A DNA stretch of 38,416 nt from IMG/VR virus record IMGVR_UViG_2609459840_000009; one strand, 5' to 3'. This DNA is from a virus (taxonomy: Duplodnaviria > Heunggongvirae > Uroviricota > Caudoviricetes). Of this stretch, positions 1-9,559 are shown in pieces (position 1 is the first letter of the stretch; every line of letters starts with the position of its first letter). Position numbers and translations under genes: made by a program. Below the pieces are notes generated by a model. The model searched no databases. It was not told where the DNA came from and saw nothing but the letters and a program-made list of their open reading frames with translations.

Positions 1-1053
1 TTACGGGGTAATGCCAACCGCTGCCGCCACTTTGTCGCCACTTGGCAGCGTTGCCAGAGGATTGAAACGGAGCGCCGTTTCCAGATGATCCGGTGCCAGA
101 TGTGCGTAACGCATAGTCATTTTTATATCGTGGTGTCCGAGAATTTTTTGTAAGGCCAGAATGTTTCCACCCGACATCATGAAGTGCGCTGCAAACGTAT
201 GGCGCAGAACGTGTGTGAGTTGACCGCGAGGGAGCACGATAGACGTTTTTTCCATCACGGATAAAAATTGAAAATAGCAGTCTGTGAAGAAATTGAACCC
301 ATCGAGCGCCATGATCTCTTCGTAAAGCTCTTTACTGATAGGGATGCTTCTGTTTTTCTTCCCCTTCGTTCTGACAAAGGTAATTCGGTATTTGGTCACC
401 TGTGAGCGGGTAAGATTTACGGCTTCACGCCAGCGTGCGCCTGTGCTTAAGCATATCTTAACTACCAGTGCCAGAATTGGGTCCTGACGTTTGCAATCAG
501 CCAGCAATTCAACAATCTGCTCATGGGTAAGCCATGCCATCTCTTTTTCTGCGATGGTGAATTTTCGCATGTTCTCCAGTGGGTTCGGATACGACCATTC
601 GCCCAGACGGGATAGTTCGCTAAAAACACTACTTAGATAGCTTTGCTCCAGGTTAATGGTGACCGGGCTTGCTCCTTTCTTCCATTTCTCGCTGAAGTAG
701 ATCTCGCCTGTCAGGCGTTTATCTCGATAGTGGGCAAACATTTTAGAGGTTAGATCAGTTGCAAGGGGATTGCCCAGAGCGTCAACCATCAGCAGCAATT
801 TGTCATAGACATGCTGCCCAGCAGTCAGTGATTTACCATGTAGTTTGAACCATAGCTCAACCACGTCTTTCAGTGTTCGACGATCCACTGATTCACCTAG
901 CCAGGGCTTTGCTTCGGTTTCTTCCATCGTGTGACGCTCAAAAGCCAGAGCTTCGCCTTTGGTGGCGAATTGTTTACGCACACGACGTCCACTACGTCCG
1001 GCGGGATAACATTCGCACAGCCATTTTCCTGTGGTGAGTTTTCGTACTGCCAT
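1..1053 (-). CDS. int: phage integrase, tyrosine recombinase (P2/186 Int family)
   Basis: 350 aa ORF with ATG start at 1051-1053 (minus strand) and stop at 1-3. C-terminal HxxR...Y catalytic signature (LRHTFAAHF ... MRYAHL). Position at the prophage end matches P2 organisation. Confidence 0.93.
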   Translation of the reverse strand: MAVRKLTTGKWLCECYPAGRSGRRVRKQFATKGEALAFERHTMEETEAKPWLGESVDRRTLKDVVELWFKLHGKSLTAGQHVYDKLLLMVDALGNPLATDLTSKMFAHYRDKRLTGEIYFSEKWKKGASPVTINLEQSYLSSVFSELSRLGEWSYPNPLENMRKFTIAEKEMAWLTHEQIVELLADCKRQDPILALVVKICLSTGARWREAVNLTRSQVTKYRITFVRTKGKKNRSIPISKELYEEIMALDGFNFFTDCYFQFLSVMEKTSIVLPRGQLTHVLRHTFAAHFMMSGGNILALQKILGHHDIKMTMRYAHLAPDHLETALRFNPLATLPSGDKVAAAVGITP

Positions 1054-1136
1054 AAAAAAGCCCTCATATCAGAGGGCTAAATTTAACTGTATATACAACC
1101 AGTAATCAATGTGTGATTGCTATGAAACATACATTG

Positions 1137-2813
1137 CTAAGCAACATGTAGTTCATCGTTGGCGGAAGTGGCTGCTTTGCGTTCCTGCTCAATAGCTAGT
1201 GACTCTCTATATTCTTTCGCCTCTGCAAACATTGTCCAGTGGGCATTGATGTTCATATCTTCAATAACCGATTTAATTTCTTTAATATTTACGTTAAAAA
1301 ACTCTTTTCGTGAGTTAATTTTATTGACCTGCTTTTCGTTGAAGACTTTATGCAGATGATTTTCTAATGACGGTGCATCATCACTATAAATCATCGCATG
1401 AACATCGAACGAAAAAGGAACACTAGCATCCCCAAGTTCACGAACACGATCAAGTGGTTCAAGGCGGCGTGTCATTCCAATTTTATATACATCTTCGCCA
1501 AATGAGCCAATATTGCTAATTATATAAACATGGCCTGATCTAGTTTGTTGAGCCATAGAAATAGCTCGTTGGTTTTTAGCTTCAGCTTCTTCATATTTTA
1601 ACTGTAGTTCAGCTATTTTTTGCTCTAAAGCTAAGCGTTGTTCTTCATTTGCAAGCATAAGCTCTTTCGTCGCTTTATTTATAGCTTGCTGAATAGCTTT
1701 CTCTTCTTTTTCGGCTTCTTTTATCGCTTTTTCATACTCTCTACGAGCTCTTTCCTCTTCACGAAGCTGTTCTTTAATCCTTCTTTGCTCCTCTTTTTCT
1801 TCGAGCATAATTTCATTAACTGCAACTCCCCATTTTAGCTCGTTGAGTCGTGCCTGAAGATAGATGTCACTTATTTTTGCGGATTTAAAAGCAGAGCCAT
1901 TATAATTTACAAGTTGAAATGCATCTTTTATTTCTTGGGAAAGTTTTCCAAAATTGTTGTGTTTGACTTTTGATAAAATACTGTCAACTCTTCCATTGAA
2001 GGCATCCAAAACAAAGTTGATAGCAGTATTACGCCTGTTTTGCTCAACATAATCACACGAAGCTGCTTTATTAGTTTTTATTAATGATTTTGTTAACTCC
2101 CTGGCTTTTTGTAATTCCTTGCCTGCATCTGTAAACTCATAATTTTCTGCCAATTCATCAAGTACACTACGGTTAGGGATGATCCATTCATCGCCATAAC
2201 CTTCAATTTTATTTTTCATTGATTTAGCAACTGCTTCATATTTTTCTGCAAACTCTTTAGCTTCATATGCTGAACCAGCAATCTCTTTTGCTCTTTCTTC
2301 TGCATCGGAAATAATTTTTACTGCGTTGTCATTAGCATTTGAGATCAGCTCATTTGCTTTACTGTTGGCATTATCAAGACGTTCTTTGGCTTTCAGGCGT
2401 GCATCGCGAGCGTCTTTGGTGATTGCTATAGCTTCGCTATTAGCGTTGCTTATTGTTATCTGAGCTTGATAATTTGCTTCGTTTACTGTCTTAGCAGCCT
2501 TTATTTGGGCTTCTTCTATTTTTTGCCTGGCTATTGAGTCTGCATTTTTTATCTTATTCTCTGCTTCCATCACTGCGCTGTGCAATTCTACGTATTGCCA
2601 TAATGGTGCAGCTCGTCCTTCAAGCTCTGATAGATCTCGTACAGTCTGTGCTAATTCTTCTTGATTTTCTTTCAGTTGGCTGGAAAGAGCTATGTTGTTA
2701 GCCGTCAGGTTATCTATGGCGGTTTTGTGTTCTTTACTTTTCTTAAATAATATTATAGCTAGAACAGGGGCGAGAAATGCTAATAATAATATAACGATGG
2801 AAAATGAATTCAT
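1137..2813 (-). CDS. cargo protein: N-terminal transmembrane anchor, long coiled-coil, C-terminal T5orf172/GIY-YIG-like domain (predicted nuclease or DNA-binding)
   Basis: 558 aa ORF with ATG at 2811-2813 and an AAGGA RBS. Hydrophobic N-terminus (FSIVILLLAFLAPVLAIILF), then Ala/Lys/Glu-rich heptad-like sequence. C-terminal motif GHVYIISN...YKIGMTRR...R...E resembles the T5orf172/GIY-YIG superfamily from memory. Visibly AT-rich compared with neighbouring phage genes. Confidence 0.7.
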   Translation of the reverse strand: MNSFSIVILLLAFLAPVLAIILFKKSKEHKTAIDNLTANNIALSSQLKENQEELAQTVRDLSELEGRAAPLWQYVELHSAVMEAENKIKNADSIARQKIEEAQIKAAKTVNEANYQAQITISNANSEAIAITKDARDARLKAKERLDNANSKANELISNANDNAVKIISDAEERAKEIAGSAYEAKEFAEKYEAVAKSMKNKIEGYGDEWIIPNRSVLDELAENYEFTDAGKELQKARELTKSLIKTNKAASCDYVEQNRRNTAINFVLDAFNGRVDSILSKVKHNNFGKLSQEIKDAFQLVNYNGSAFKSAKISDIYLQARLNELKWGVAVNEIMLEEKEEQRRIKEQLREEERARREYEKAIKEAEKEEKAIQQAINKATKELMLANEEQRLALEQKIAELQLKYEEAEAKNQRAISMAQQTRSGHVYIISNIGSFGEDVYKIGMTRRLEPLDRVRELGDASVPFSFDVHAMIYSDDAPSLENHLHKVFNEKQVNKINSRKEFFNVNIKEIKSVIEDMNINAHWTMFAEAKEYRESLAIEQERKAATSANDELHVA

Positions 2814-2833
2814 TTTTAAATCCTTTTACTATA

Positions 2834-3430
2834 TCAATTTGAAACTATTGTACTTCTTATACAAGCAACCACTTCAATATCAGAAAATGCACATTCAAAG
2901 CTATTCTCTGTAGTTGTAATTTTAATCATACCTTTTGGAAGCTTTGTGATTTTTCGAATGGAATAGGTTCCGTCGATGTTGATTAACCAGTGCCCATCAA
3001 GTACTTCAGAAAATTTTTGATCACAAATGTATGTGACAAGCCCATCCAGAATAACAATTGGTGATGAAAGATTTGCAGGAAGAAATGATGAATCGAAGAC
3101 ATATGAACCATCTTCAATCATTTTGCCTGCGGTAAGGCGAAACTTGGGAAGCTCTTCTGTGGCTACTGTCAGCGAGCTTTGCTTAAGTCCTTGCCCGGTG
3201 GTTAACCATTTCAGTGAGGTTCCTGTTTCAAGAGCACATTGGATTATCCAGTCTGCAGGAAACGTATCCCGCAAATACCTGTTCGCCAGAGTGCTTTTTG
3301 ATACTTCCAAGTGATCAGCTAAAGCCTGTCGTGTCGTAAAGCCATAAGCTTCGACTAATCGCTCAATCGCAGCCTTACCACCTTTATTGGGATTTATTTT
3401 GATCTCACTTGGGTACTTTGATGTTGACAT
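2834..3430 (-). CDS. cI: 186-type CI immunity repressor (HTH DNA-binding)
   Basis: 198 aa ORF with ATG at 3428-3430. N-terminal HTH-like segment (TTRQALADHLEVSKSTLANRY). Divergent from the early operon, as for the repressor of 186-like phages. Confidence 0.8.
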   Translation of the reverse strand: MSTSKYPSEIKINPNKGGKAAIERLVEAYGFTTRQALADHLEVSKSTLANRYLRDTFPADWIIQCALETGTSLKWLTTGQGLKQSSLTVATEELPKFRLTAGKMIEDGSYVFDSSFLPANLSSPIVILDGLVTYICDQKFSEVLDGHWLINIDGTYSIRKITKLPKGMIKITTTENSFECAFSDIEVVACIRSTIVSN

Positions 3431-3525
3431 ATCTCTTTTGCGATCCTAGTATCAGTTTTGTCCCCATTTGGGTACTTGTCACGATTACTACAGGCTCACC
3501 ACAAGCCAATAGGAGATGTTGCATC
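3431..3525. promoter_or_regulatory. divergent lysogenic/lytic promoter-operator region between cI and the early operon
   Basis: 95 bp intergenic region between divergently transcribed cI and the Cox/Apl-like gene; positional inference only, no operator motif resolved. Confidence 0.4.
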
Positions 3526-3747
3526 ATGACCCCTAACATTTCAATAACTCTGAATACGCCACATGTCACAATTGAGCGTTATAGCGAACTTACTGGTCTT
3601 TCAATCGACACAATTAACGATATGCTGGCTGACGGTCGCATCCCTCGGCATCGCCTTCGGAAAGACAAGAAAAGAGAAAAGGTGATGATCAACCTTGCTG
3701 CTCTTACCGTTGATGCACTTACTGATTGCAATGTTGTATTCAACTAG
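3526..3747 (+). CDS. Cox/Apl-like small HTH regulator (excisionase / lysogenic-promoter repressor candidate)
   Basis: 73 aa from ATG 3526 within the 112 aa ORF. First gene of the early operon opposite cI; small basic protein with HTH-like segment ([23 protein letters not shown]). Confidence 0.6.
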   Translation: MTPNISITLNTPHVTIERYSELTGLSIDTINDMLADGRIPRHRLRKDKKREKVMINLAALTVDALTDCNVVFN

Positions 3748-3779
3748 TTCCATTTTGGGATACATCAGGGGTGTCGACC

Positions 3780-4289
3780 ATGTTTGATTACCAAGTTTCC
3801 AAACATCCACATTTTGATGAAGCCTGTCGTGCATTCGCACTGCGCCACAACCTGGTGCAACTGGCAGAACGTGCAGGCATGAATGTGCAGATTCTGCGGA
3901 ACAAGCTGAACCCAGCTCAACCTCATTTATTAACCGCACCAGATATCTGGCTACTTACCGATCTGACTGAAGATTCAACGCTGGTAGACGGTTTTCTGGC
4001 ACAGATTCATTGTCTGCCATGTGTACCGATTAATGAGGTGGCAAAAGAGAAACTGCCACATTACGTCATGAGTGCAACCGCAGAGATCGGGCGTGTTGCT
4101 GCAGGTGCGGTATCTGGCGATGTAAAAACCAGTGCAGGTCGTCGTGATGCTATCAGCAGCATTAACTCTGTAACACGACTGATGGCGTTGGCTGCTGTTT
4201 CATTGCAGGCCCGTTTACAGGCTAACCCTGCGATGGCGAGTGCAGTTGATACCGTGACTGGCCTCGGTGCTTCATTCGGTTTGCTGTGA
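3780..4289 (+). CDS. cII: phage CII-like regulatory protein
   Basis: 169 aa from ATG 3780. Position directly after the Cox/Apl-like gene and the size match 186 CII; family assignment from memory, not from alignment. Confidence 0.6.
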   Translation: MFDYQVSKHPHFDEACRAFALRHNLVQLAERAGMNVQILRNKLNPAQPHLLTAPDIWLLTDLTEDSTLVDGFLAQIHCLPCVPINEVAKEKLPHYVMSATAEIGRVAAGAVSGDVKTSAGRRDAISSINSVTRLMALAAVSLQARLQANPAMASAVDTVTGLGASFGLL

Positions 4290-4296
4290 GGTACTT

Positions 4297-4593
4297 ATGC
4301 TGACGAAAGAACCATCATTTGCATCGCTGCTGGTAAAGCAAAGCCCGGCAATGCACTACGGTCACGGCTGGATCATGGGTGAGGATGGAAAACGCTGGCA
4401 TCCATGTCATTCACAAGATGAATTGCTGTCTGAATTGACCACGAGGAAACGGAGAAAGTCAAAATGTATGCAGCGGAAAGTGAAGTGGTTTATCAGTTTC
4501 GTTACAGAGGGGAGAGTTATTCAGTACCTGAAGATGATTTGCTCTGTTGTTATCCGTCGTTGTCGGGCGATGGCAGTTACTTTTTCACGCTAA
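4297..4593 (+). CDS. small early protein, possibly Fil-like; 3' extent uncertain
   Basis: ATG at 4297 preceded by GAGG. The frame stays open to 4593 but overlaps the next gene by about 130 nt, and the C-terminal translation looks low-complexity and out of character. Confidence 0.35.
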   Translation: MLTKEPSFASLLVKQSPAMHYGHGWIMGEDGKRWHPCHSQDELLSELTTRKRRKSKCMQRKVKWFISFVTEGRVIQYLKMICSVVIRRCRAMAVTFSR

Positions 4594-4688
4594 AAGATGG
4601 GACGTTTTTACGGGGAGAGCAGGTTAAAGAGACGATACGAAAAAATGTATCTCCTCTTGAACGTTACCGTAATAACAAACAACGATAG
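4464..4688 (+). CDS. small hypothetical early protein
   Basis: 74 aa ORF with ATG 4464 and GGAG RBS about 10 nt upstream; protein-like composition (MYAAESEVVYQFRYRGESYSVPEDDL...). Confidence 0.55.
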   Translation: MYAAESEVVYQFRYRGESYSVPEDDLLCCYPSLSGDGSYFFTLKDGTFLRGEQVKETIRKNVSPLERYRNNKQR

Positions 4689-4710
4689 TTGCGTTTTGGG
4701 GATATGAATT

Positions 4711-5052
4711 ATGGCAATTAATGGCGCTGCGGCGACTGTTCCATTAAGCCCCGGTGAACGCCTGAATGGACTTAATCACATTGCGGAGCTAAGGGCGAAA
4801 GTTTTTGGCCTGAATATTGAGTCAGAGCTTGAGCGGTTTATTAAAGATATGCGTGATCCACGGGATATCAATAACGAACAAAATAAACGGGCACTGGCTG
4901 CTATATTCTTTATGGCAAAAATTCCAGCTGAACGTCATAGCATCAGCATTAATGAGCTGACCACTGACGAAAAGCGGGAGTTGATTAAAGCAATGAATCA
5001 TTTTCGTGCAGTGGTGAGCTTATTTCCCAGACGGCTAGCCATGCCGAATTAA
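4711..5052 (+). CDS. hypothetical early-operon protein
   Basis: 113 aa ORF with ATG 4711, codirectional in the early operon. Confidence 0.55.
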   Translation: MAINGAAATVPLSPGERLNGLNHIAELRAKVFGLNIESELERFIKDMRDPRDINNEQNKRALAAIFFMAKIPAERHSISINELTTDEKRELIKAMNHFRAVVSLFPRRLAMPN

Positions 5053-5119
5053 CCAACTAATGAAATTAATGGCGTAAACCCGCCGGGTATCCCTTTATCT
5101 AAATTCAGGAGAATTGATT

Positions 5120-5353
5120 ATGCGTAATATTGAAACCCTCACGACTAAAACCGGACCGGATGATGCAGGGCTTAATATTTTACTGACAGAGGCTCGTCTG
5201 GAAGAATGCCGGGCAAGGGCTGAAGCAATGGCAGCTCGCCTTGATAGCCTGGCGTGTCATATCACATCCCGCCAGCTAAACCACGTCGAAGCAGCAGAAC
5301 TACTGCGTGTAACTGCTGAAGCAATCCAGAACGAAGCGCAGGAGATCCACTAA
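5120..5353 (+). CDS. hypothetical early-operon protein
   Basis: 77 aa from ATG 5120 with AGGAGAA RBS (the ORF track starts at an upstream TTG). Its stop overlaps the next start (TAATG). Confidence 0.55.
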   Translation: MRNIETLTTKTGPDDAGLNILLTEARLEECRARAEAMAARLDSLACHITSRQLNHVEAAELLRVTAEAIQNEAQEIH

Positions 5354-5580
5354 TGGCTGATGCAATGGATCTCGTACAGCAGCGCGTTGAAGAAGAACGC
5401 CAGCGCCATATCCGTGCTGCCCGTGCCAAAACGCCGGGCGTGTCCCGCGTGCTTTGCATTGAGTGTGAAGCGCCAATTCCGCCAGCACGCCGTCGCGCCA
5501 TTCCAGGTGTGCAGCTTTGCATTACCTGTCAGGAAATCGCAGAGCTGAAAGGCAAACATTACAACGGAGGTGCTGTATGA
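5353..5580 (+). CDS. TraR/DksA-family C4 zinc-finger protein
   Basis: 75 aa with CxxC...CxxC arrangement (CIECEAPIP...LCITCQE); typical of P2-like early operons. Confidence 0.75.
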   Translation: MADAMDLVQQRVEEERQRHIRAARAKTPGVSRVLCIECEAPIPPARRRAIPGVQLCITCQEIAELKGKHYNGGAV

Positions 5581-6434
5581 GCACCATCCTGAAATGGGCG
5601 GGAAATAAAACCGCAATTATGTCCGAACTGAAAAAACACCTTCCTGCTGGCCCGCGACTGGTTGAACCTTTCGCGGGTTCCTGTGCTGTGATGATGGCGA
5701 CGGATTATCCAAGCTATCTGGTTGCGGATATTAATCCTGATTTAATCAACCTCTATAAAAAGGTTGCCGCTGATTGTGAATCGTTTATATCTCGCGCCAG
5801 AGTTTTATTTAAGGAAGCAAACAGGGAGGTGGCTTATTACAACATAAGGCAGGAGTTTAATTACTCAACTGAAATTACTGATTTCATGAAAGCGGTATAT
5901 TTCCTGTATCTCAATCGTCACGGTTACCGTGGTTTATGTCGCTATAACAAGAGCGGGCATTTCAACATTCCGTACGGTAATTATAAAAATCCGTATTTCC
6001 CTGAAAAAGAAATTCGCGCATTTGCAGAGAAAGCCCAGCGGGCAACGTTTATCTGCGCAAGCTTTGATGAAACGCTGGCGATGCTGCAGGTGGGGGATGT
6101 GGTGTATTGCGATCCGCCGTATGACGGTACGTTTTCCGGCTATCACACTGATGGTTTCACTGAAGATGACCAGTATCACCTGGCATCCGTTCTTGAACAT
6201 CGGTCATCAGAAGGACATCCGGTCATTGTTTCTAACAGTGACACATCCCTGATCCGTTCGCTATATCGCAATTTTACTCACCACTACATCAAGGCAAAAC
6301 GCAGCATCGGTGTGGCAGCTGGTGAGAGTAAATCTGCAACAGAAATCATCGCTGTTTCCGGGCCGCGCTGCTGGGTGGGATTTGATCCTTCGCGTGGCGT
6401 AGATAGTTCTGCCGTGTACGGAGTGCGTGCATGA
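5577..6434 (+). CDS. DNA adenine methyltransferase (Dam-like, N6-adenine)
   Basis: ATG 5577 overlapping the upstream stop. N-terminal SAM-binding motif (KWAGNK...EPFAGSCAV) and catalytic DPPY motif ([11 protein letters not shown]). Confidence 0.85.
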   Translation: MSTILKWAGNKTAIMSELKKHLPAGPRLVEPFAGSCAVMMATDYPSYLVADINPDLINLYKKVAADCESFISRARVLFKEANREVAYYNIRQEFNYSTEITDFMKAVYFLYLNRHGYRGLCRYNKSGHFNIPYGNYKNPYFPEKEIRAFAEKAQRATFICASFDETLAMLQVGDVVYCDPPYDGTFSGYHTDGFTEDDQYHLASVLEHRSSEGHPVIVSNSDTSLIRSLYRNFTHHYIKAKRSIGVAAGESKSATEIIAVSGPRCWVGFDPSRGVDSSAVYGVRA

Positions 6435-8845
6435 GCCATGCTGATATGAACAACTGCAGCGGCTTTAACGAGGTCGCCGCAGCATTCTCATGGAACAGCC
6501 CGAAAAAGGCTATTAACCCTTATCTGGACCCGGCGGAAGTTGCGCCGGTTTCTGCGCTTTCAAACCTGATCACTCTGTACGCTGCCGATAACGAGCAGGA
6601 ACAGCTGCGCCGTGAGGCGCTGAGTGATCAGGTCTGGGAGCGTTATTTCTTTAATGAATCCCGTGATCCTGTCCAGCGCGAAATGGAACAGGATAAGCTC
6701 ATTAGTCGGGCAAAGCTGGCGCATGAGCAGCAGCGTTTTAATCCGGATATGGTCATTCTGGCGGACGTCAACGCCCAGCCTTCCCATATCAGCAAGCCGC
6801 TGATGCAACGTATTGAATACTTCAGCAGCCTGGGCAGGCCAAAGGCTTATTCCCGCTATTTGCGTGAGACGATTAAGCCATGTCTGGAACGACTGGAGCA
6901 TGTACGCGACAGTCAGCTATCCACTTCTTTTCGCTTTATGGCAAGCCATGAAGGGCTGGACGGTCTGCTGATCCTGCCTGAAATGAGTCAGGATCAGGTG
7001 AAACGCCTGTCCACCCTGGTAGCTGCGCATATGAGCATGTGCCTTGATGCCGCTTGTGGCGATTTGTATGCCACCGATGACGTTAAGCCAGAAGAAATCC
7101 GCAAGACATGGGAAAAGGTGGCGGCGGAAACCCTGCGACTGGATGTCATACCGCCTGCGTTTGAGCAACTCCGCCGGAAAAGAAACCGCCGTAAACCCGT
7201 GCCCTATGAACTCATTCCGGGGTCGCTGGCGCGTATGCTGTGCGCCGACTGGTGGTATCGGAAATTGTGGAAGATGCGTTGCGAATGGCGGGAAGAGCAG
7301 TTGCGTGCTGTTTGCCTGGTCAGCAAAAAAGCATCTCCCTATGTCAGCTATGAAGCCGTGATGCATAAACGTGAGCAGCGCCGTAAGTCGCTGGAGTTTT
7401 TCCGTTCTCATGAACTGGTGAACGAAGACGGCGACACGCTGGACATGGAGGATGTGGTAAACGCCAGCAGCAGCAACCCTGCGCATCGCCGCAATGAGAT
7501 GATGGCCTGTGTTAAAGGTCTGGAGCTTATCGCGGAAATGCGCGGTGACTGCGCCGTTTTCTACACCATCACCTGTCCGTCACGTTTCCATTCCACGCTA
7601 AATAACGGCAGGCCCAACCCGACCTGGACAAATGCGACGGTAAGACAAAGCAGTGATTATCTGGTCGGCATGTTTGCTGCATTTCGTAAGGCGATGCACA
7701 AAGCCGGGTTGCGCTGGTATGGCGTGCGGGTGGCTGAGCCGCATCATGACGGCACAGTTCACTGGCACCTGTTGTGTTTCATGCGCAAAAAAGACCGCCG
7801 CGCCATTACTGCATTGTTGCGTAAGTTTGCTATCCGTGAAGACCGCGAGGAGCTGGGTAATAACACGGGGCCACGCTTTAAGTCTGAGCTGATAAACCCG
7901 CGCAAAGGAACGCCGACTAGCTACATCGCGAAATACATCAGTAAGAACATTGACGGGCGTGGTCTGGCTGGCGAGATCAGCAAGGAAACGGGTAAATCTC
8001 TGCGTGATAACGCTGAATACGTTAATGCCTGGGCGTCTCTGCATCGTGTTCAGCAATTCCGCTTCTTTGGCATTCCGGGGCGTCAGGCTTACCGTGAACT
8101 GCGATTGCTGGCTGGTCAGGCGGCAAGGCAACAGGGTGACAAAAAAGCAGGTGCGCCGGTACTGGATAACCCGCGCCTTGATGCCATTCTGGCTGCAGCT
8201 GATGCTGGTTGTTTTGCCACCTACATCATGAAGCAGGGCGGCGTACTGGTTCCCCGTAAATATCACCTCATCAGAACCGCTTATGAAATCAACGAAGAGC
8301 CGACCGCCTATGGCGATCACGGCATTCGTATTTATGGCATCTGGTCACCCATTACAGAGGGCAAAATCTGCACTCATGCCGTGAAGTGGAAAATGGTTCG
8401 TAAGGCCGTTGACGTTCAGGAGGCGGCAGCCGACCAGGGCGCTTGCGCCCCTTGGACTCGTGGCAATAACTGTCCCCTTGCTGAAAATTTGAACCAGCAG
8501 GAGAAAGATAAATCAGCTGATGGGGACACCAGAACGGACATTACCTGCATGGATGACAAGGAGTTGCACGATTATCTGCACAGTATGAGCAAAAAAGATC
8601 GCCGGGAACTGGCAGCAAGGTTACGCCTGGTGAAACCGAAACGGCGTAAAGACTACAAACAGCGAATTACAGACCATCAGCGACAGCAGCTTGTCTATGA
8701 ACTGAAGTCCAGAGGATTTGATGGCAGCGAGAAAGAGGTCGAGTTGCTCCTTCGCGGTGGCAGTGTTCCGTCAGGAGCAGGCCTGCGTATCTTCTATCGG
8801 AACCAGCGTCTGCAGGAGGATGATAAATGGCGGAACATGTATTAA
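6431..8845 (+). CDS. A: replication initiation endonuclease (P2 gpA family, rolling-circle)
   Basis: 804 aa ORF with ATG 6431 overlapping the Dam stop. Contains an HxH-type motif (HWHLLCF) and a tyrosine motif ([12 protein letters not shown]) typical of rolling-circle initiators. Confidence 0.9.
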   Translation: MSHADMNNCSGFNEVAAAFSWNSPKKAINPYLDPAEVAPVSALSNLITLYAADNEQEQLRREALSDQVWERYFFNESRDPVQREMEQDKLISRAKLAHEQQRFNPDMVILADVNAQPSHISKPLMQRIEYFSSLGRPKAYSRYLRETIKPCLERLEHVRDSQLSTSFRFMASHEGLDGLLILPEMSQDQVKRLSTLVAAHMSMCLDAACGDLYATDDVKPEEIRKTWEKVAAETLRLDVIPPAFEQLRRKRNRRKPVPYELIPGSLARMLCADWWYRKLWKMRCEWREEQLRAVCLVSKKASPYVSYEAVMHKREQRRKSLEFFRSHELVNEDGDTLDMEDVVNASSSNPAHRRNEMMACVKGLELIAEMRGDCAVFYTITCPSRFHSTLNNGRPNPTWTNATVRQSSDYLVGMFAAFRKAMHKAGLRWYGVRVAEPHHDGTVHWHLLCFMRKKDRRAITALLRKFAIREDREELGNNTGPRFKSELINPRKGTPTSYIAKYISKNIDGRGLAGEISKETGKSLRDNAEYVNAWASLHRVQQFRFFGIPGRQAYRELRLLAGQAARQQGDKKAGAPVLDNPRLDAILAAADAGCFATYIMKQGGVLVPRKYHLIRTAYEINEEPTAYGDHGIRIYGIWSPITEGKICTHAVKWKMVRKAVDVQEAAADQGACAPWTRGNNCPLAENLNQQEKDKSADGDTRTDITCMDDKELHDYLHSMSKKDRRELAARLRLVKPKRRKDYKQRITDHQRQQLVYELKSRGFDGSEKEVELLLRGGSVPSGAGLRIFYRNQRLQEDDKWRNMY

Positions 8846-8937
8846 TTACGCTGATTAACAATTCGTGCTCTTAATAATACCAGGCATATCAGGCTGATGA
8901 ACGTAAAAAAACGTTTTACATCAGTAAGATTATTATA

Positions 8938-8957
8938 TACTGTAAATATAAACAGTG
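8938..8957. promoter_or_regulatory. LexA (SOS) box overlapping a promoter-like region
   Basis: TACTGTAAATATAAACAGTG matches the CTGT-N8-ACAG LexA consensus (CTGT 8940-8943, ACAG 8952-8955). Lies about 40 bp upstream of the next ORF; TTTACA and TATTAT-like hexamers are adjacent. Confidence 0.6.
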
Positions 8958-8998
8958 GTTATGCATACAGTATTGCTTGTGGTGTCATAGGAGGAAAA

Positions 8999-9187
8999 AT
9001 GCAGGACTATTTTTTGGAGTCTTTGAAGCTCCAGCGCATTGATTTTTTTCTTAAGCTTGTAGCGGCTAGTGAGTGTAGTGATGAAGAGAAGGGGCTGGCT
9101 TTGCAGTGGGTTTCTGAACTAACAGATGAACTCATGGCAAAAATCAGAACCCACGAATACAACCGCTCAATGGATGTCATCAGTTGA
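8999..9187 (+). CDS. small hypothetical protein downstream of the LexA box (antirepressor candidate, Tum-like by position only)
   Basis: 62 aa from ATG 8999 with GGAGGA RBS at about 8989-8994. Confidence 0.4.
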   Translation: MQDYFLESLKLQRIDFFLKLVAASECSDEEKGLALQWVSELTDELMAKIRTHEYNRSMDVIS

Positions 9188-9197
9188 GGTGACTTTT

Positions 9198-9431
9198 ATG
9201 CGCATTGAAATAATGATCGATAAAGAGCAGAAGATTAGCCAGTCTATCCTGGACGCCCTTGAATCCGAGCTTTACCGCAATCTGCGCCCCCTGTATCCAA
9301 AAACGGTAATTCGTATCCGCAAAGGTAGCTCTAACGGTGTGGAACTGACCGGACTGCAACTGGACGAAGAAAGAAAACAAGTGATGAAAATTATGCAGAA
9401 GGTGTGGGAAGACGACAGCTGGCTGCATTAG
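9198..9431 (+). CDS. DinI-like protein
   Basis: 77 aa from ATG 9198 with GAGGTG RBS. MRIEIMIDK...LRPLYP...VIRIRKGSSNGVELTGLQLDEERKQVMKIMQKVWEDDSW resembles DinI (short, acidic C-terminal WxxDDxW). In 186 the LexA-controlled tum product carries a DinI-like part. Confidence 0.75.
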   Translation: MRIEIMIDKEQKISQSILDALESELYRNLRPLYPKTVIRIRKGSSNGVELTGLQLDEERKQVMKIMQKVWEDDSWLH

Positions 9432-9559
9432 AGAACGTTGCGGATGATAAAACTAGCTTTTACCATCTGCAAGGCTGAACAACGATTGTAGCGAGGTGTT
9501 AGGTGGTTCAAAAGTAAAGCGGTTATTTTGTCCGTAAAAGTGAACCACCTGTATCTTGA

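Noticed and set aside
1159-1838. Two 66 aa plus-strand ORFs (1159-1359 and 1638-1838) inside the 558 aa cargo gene
   Set aside because: Short antisense ORFs of Phe/Leu-rich low complexity produced by the AT-rich coding strand opposite; no RBS.
5262-5616. Several 60-90 aa ORFs on both strands overlapping the TraR-like gene and Dam start
   Set aside because: All overlap better-supported genes with RBS and conserved motifs; most likely frame shadows.
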